DNA of 64,000 bases from Ginglymostoma cirratum (lineage: Eukaryota): NCBI GenBank assembly GCA_024137785.1, contig JAHRHZ010000268.1, positions 16,323,206 to 16,387,205 of the forward strand. Direction: 5' to 3'. Below, piece by piece: positions 61,213-64,000 of this stretch (its first letter is position 1; every line of letters begins with the position of its first letter). Under the pieces are notes generated by a model. That model had not been told where the DNA came from, searched no databases, and worked only from the letters and a program-made list of their open reading frames with translations. Position numbers and translations under genes: made by a program.

Positions 61213-62424
61213 TTGGACTTAATTGACTTCTGGTTCTAGTAGATGAAAACTGGGTGGAATGTTGACTCATTGACTATAAGTGGTTTGGTGCTCAAGAAGC
61301 AAGCACCCTGTTTCTGTTCCCAGAGGCAAACAAAGATTCTGTTTGTTTAATTTTTGATCGCTTTTGCTGAATAAAAGTGAAAGTTTTGAGCCATTTAAAG
61401 GCTTTCCAGTGTGTGATAATCTCTCATTAAACAATAAGAAGATGCTTAACTACACTGGGCACTGGGGAAAGAATGACATTAACATGGACAAGAATGTAAA
61501 AAGGCATGAGGCTCAGGATGGGTATTCTGTTTGGCTTGGTTCTTAAATAGCTATAGATGTACACATGTGCACTTGTACATGCAATGGAGCATCAGCATGT
61601 CACCTTGGTGCCCTGAGAAGTGTTAGTTTGTGATTGTACTGCCACCATGTGTACAATGATGGACTGCCAGCACTTGACCATGTAAATGACTGGCCTCAAA
61701 GTTGGCTCCGAAACCAGAGGTCCTGGGATGTCCTGGCTGTGGAAAGTACATATACATTACCAGGACACTATAGGGTTGAAGTGCATGGGTAGTGAGGTGA
61801 TTTGAGAAGATAGTGTAAAAATGTTTGGTCAGATTCTCCATGAAACTCAAACAGAATTGGCACTTAGCTGATTTCTGGTAGAATTCAATTCCATTTTGGG
61901 GTTAAATAATGAGGGAAATTTTCAACCTTCACAGACACAAAATTCCTTTCAGAAACAGGTTATCCATCCATTATACACAGTGCCTTTTATTTTTCTTCCT
62001 AATGAAATAAATGGAAATCAGAGAGGCGTATAATGAATAGCTGAAACATTACCTGGTATTCCTGCCTCGCTGAAACAGAGGGTAACCTCCAATACAATTG
62101 AAATTGCTACAAACTTAGAACCAGGGAAATAAGATGAATCTTGAGGACAGAAATAGTTGGTGGTGAACATGTGGAGAACGGTTCTAGCTGGAGACAAATA
62201 TAGAATGTTTAAGGAATAAACAAGGATAACTTAAGTAAATTAAGGATAAATAAATAAGTCAATAATTGAACATCATTCATTTTTCCGGGACCAATCAGAT
62301 GGACTGCACATTGCTGTACATACCTGTGTTCTCAGGTTGTTGCAATAGCTATTTATTGAATTCCGATCACCATTTTTCAAAAGGAACAACAATCCTCCAT
62401 TATAATCTCTGTCACCATAATATC

Positions 62425-62622
62425 AACATACAAAACAGGAACAGGGTAGACCATTTGACCCCTTCAGCCATTCCTCAAGATCACGGCAGATCTGCCTGCA
62501 TTTCGAACTCCACACTCCTATCTATCCACAACAATCTTAGGTTCTTACTAGGTAAGAAAATAAATCTACCTCTGCCTTAAAAGTATCCAATGATCCTGAA
62601 TCCACCACTTTGTGGGGCAGAT
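62425..62622 (-). mobile_element. CR1-like LINE 3' end
   Basis: acaggaacagggtagaccatt..agatcacggcagatct..tctacctctgccttaaaa. Confidence 0.7.
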
Positions 62623-62649
62623 GAAGAAAATAAGAACGAAGTCAAACTA

Positions 62650-63900
62650 TGGGTAAAATTTTCAGCTGATGTTCCCTGTGAAAATAGTCAGATCATTGAA
62701 GAGTCAGGAACACATTGACATTCAGCATTGCGGTTCCTTCACTGAGCCATAAGACTACCATCCAGCCTTCAGGCTCCCCAATTAATTAAAGAGGGATTTG
62801 GGATGATGTGTCAAATCTGTCAAAGAAAGGATTTCTAATTGATTCTAATCACAATGGCTAAACTGTACATTGGTTTTGGGGCTACACAACCTGAGGAATA
62901 AACAGGACACCTGGAGTTTTGCCCCAAAGTCTCTCATTCTTACCTTGAGGACCTGCTGCAGCTTCTGAAGAGCCACAGTGAGGTGACCTCTCCCAATGGT
63001 AGGAGGAAGAGAAACACATTCCATCCATGCCAATGTAAGTGGTTAAGAAAGTCAGCACCACCCAACTTGAAGACAATGCATCAAGAGAACCAAGATTTCA
63101 GGAGGAAGGAAAGTGAGTCTGGAGCAGGTACCAAAATGCTCACTGACTTTCGTAGGATTCCCCAGTGCATCATTTCCCACAGGGCAATACTTTACAGTTG
63201 TACTTGTCTCTCTCGGTCTGTCTAGGTGTCTCTCTTTCCTATCTCAGCAGTCAGTAGTCCATTCACTTCACCCTATTGTCTCCCACATTCATGCCTCATA
63301 GTTAACTTCACAAGTGTTGTTCTTCCCTTCTATCTACACAGGACATTCCCAACACTCTCAATTCTGCTCACTCTATCCATGAAGTCTCCAGATGTCAGCA
63401 ACAACCTGCAGCAAAATCTGAGCCTCCTGAGTGACACGTCAGAAAAGCTGATCCTCTGCTTGTTCAGCTTGTGTTCATTCTCACCTCCATCAAGCTGGAT
63501 TACTGTATCCATACTATACCCTGTGAAGCAGCATATGACTGGGGAGAGGAAAGCTGATACAATTCTTACTGGTATTGTGGACGTTGGTACAGCTACTCCT
63601 CTCATTTCTCAGCAGAGGTGCAAGGGTACAGCTGTACAAGCTGCTTCCATGACATGGTAAAGCCTCACAACAGGGAAGTGCAGCTGAAGGTGAATGAAGT
63701 TCAAGATAGGTGAACTAACTTTTGACAAGTTGACAATCACATGCCATCAAGTGAAATCTCTGCCTCCGAGGACGGGTGCTGTGAACAGCAGCCTCTTATC
63801 TGGTTATGGCCAGAACGCTTCAGGTTCATGGACAGGCCATCTAGATTTTGATCAATTTTGCTGTAGTGGTCCCCATTTTGCTCTCCATTCACCAACCTAG
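62650..63900 (+). mobile_element. Harbinger-like relic with Myb/SANT-like fragment
   Basis: APKVSHSYLEDLLQLL...EV..PNGRRKR...*RQCIKR in shifting frames at 62920-63100. Element boundaries are uncertain. Confidence 0.45.
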
Positions 63901-64000
63901 TTAAATGACAGACAGTTTAATAAATAGGTCCACTGGCCTATGTAGCCAGAATTCCTTGGTTAAGAATGCCTATTAGGACAATAAGATACCTTAGAGCTGC

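Overview
This is AT-rich vertebrate genomic DNA, most likely a shark, judged from HE1/V-SINE, DeuSINE, CR1-clade LINE and Penelope repeats. It holds the 3' half of Pax3 on the minus strand. Five coding exons were placed by hand with canonical AG/GT boundaries and consistent phases: exon 5 (45173-45372), exon 6 (41172-41337), exon 7 (37057-37271), exon 8 (12996-13242) and exon 9 (11139-11173, ending SAFHYLKPDIA*). A 3' UTR of about 1.9 kb runs to an AATAAA at 9264-9269. Exons 1-4 (paired box, octapeptide) lie beyond 64000. The rest is intronic or downstream DNA with decayed, often nested transposons and several repeat-free, motif-rich enhancer candidates. The most interesting signals are: (i) minimal, dimer-type hammerhead ribozyme cores in Penelope-derived short repeats; (ii) a complex Pax3 3' end, with an intron-8 read-through tail and its own poly(A) signal, a candidate cryptic terminal exon that may be a frameshifted relic of the Pax7-type OAR/PHT tail exon, and a strand-specific hairpin beside the exon 9 branch point; (iii) an octamer next to a paired-domain site in intron 4, possibly autoregulatory; (iv) two four-layer transposon nests. 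Comparisons with human sequence and repeat consensus sequences are from memory and need alignment.
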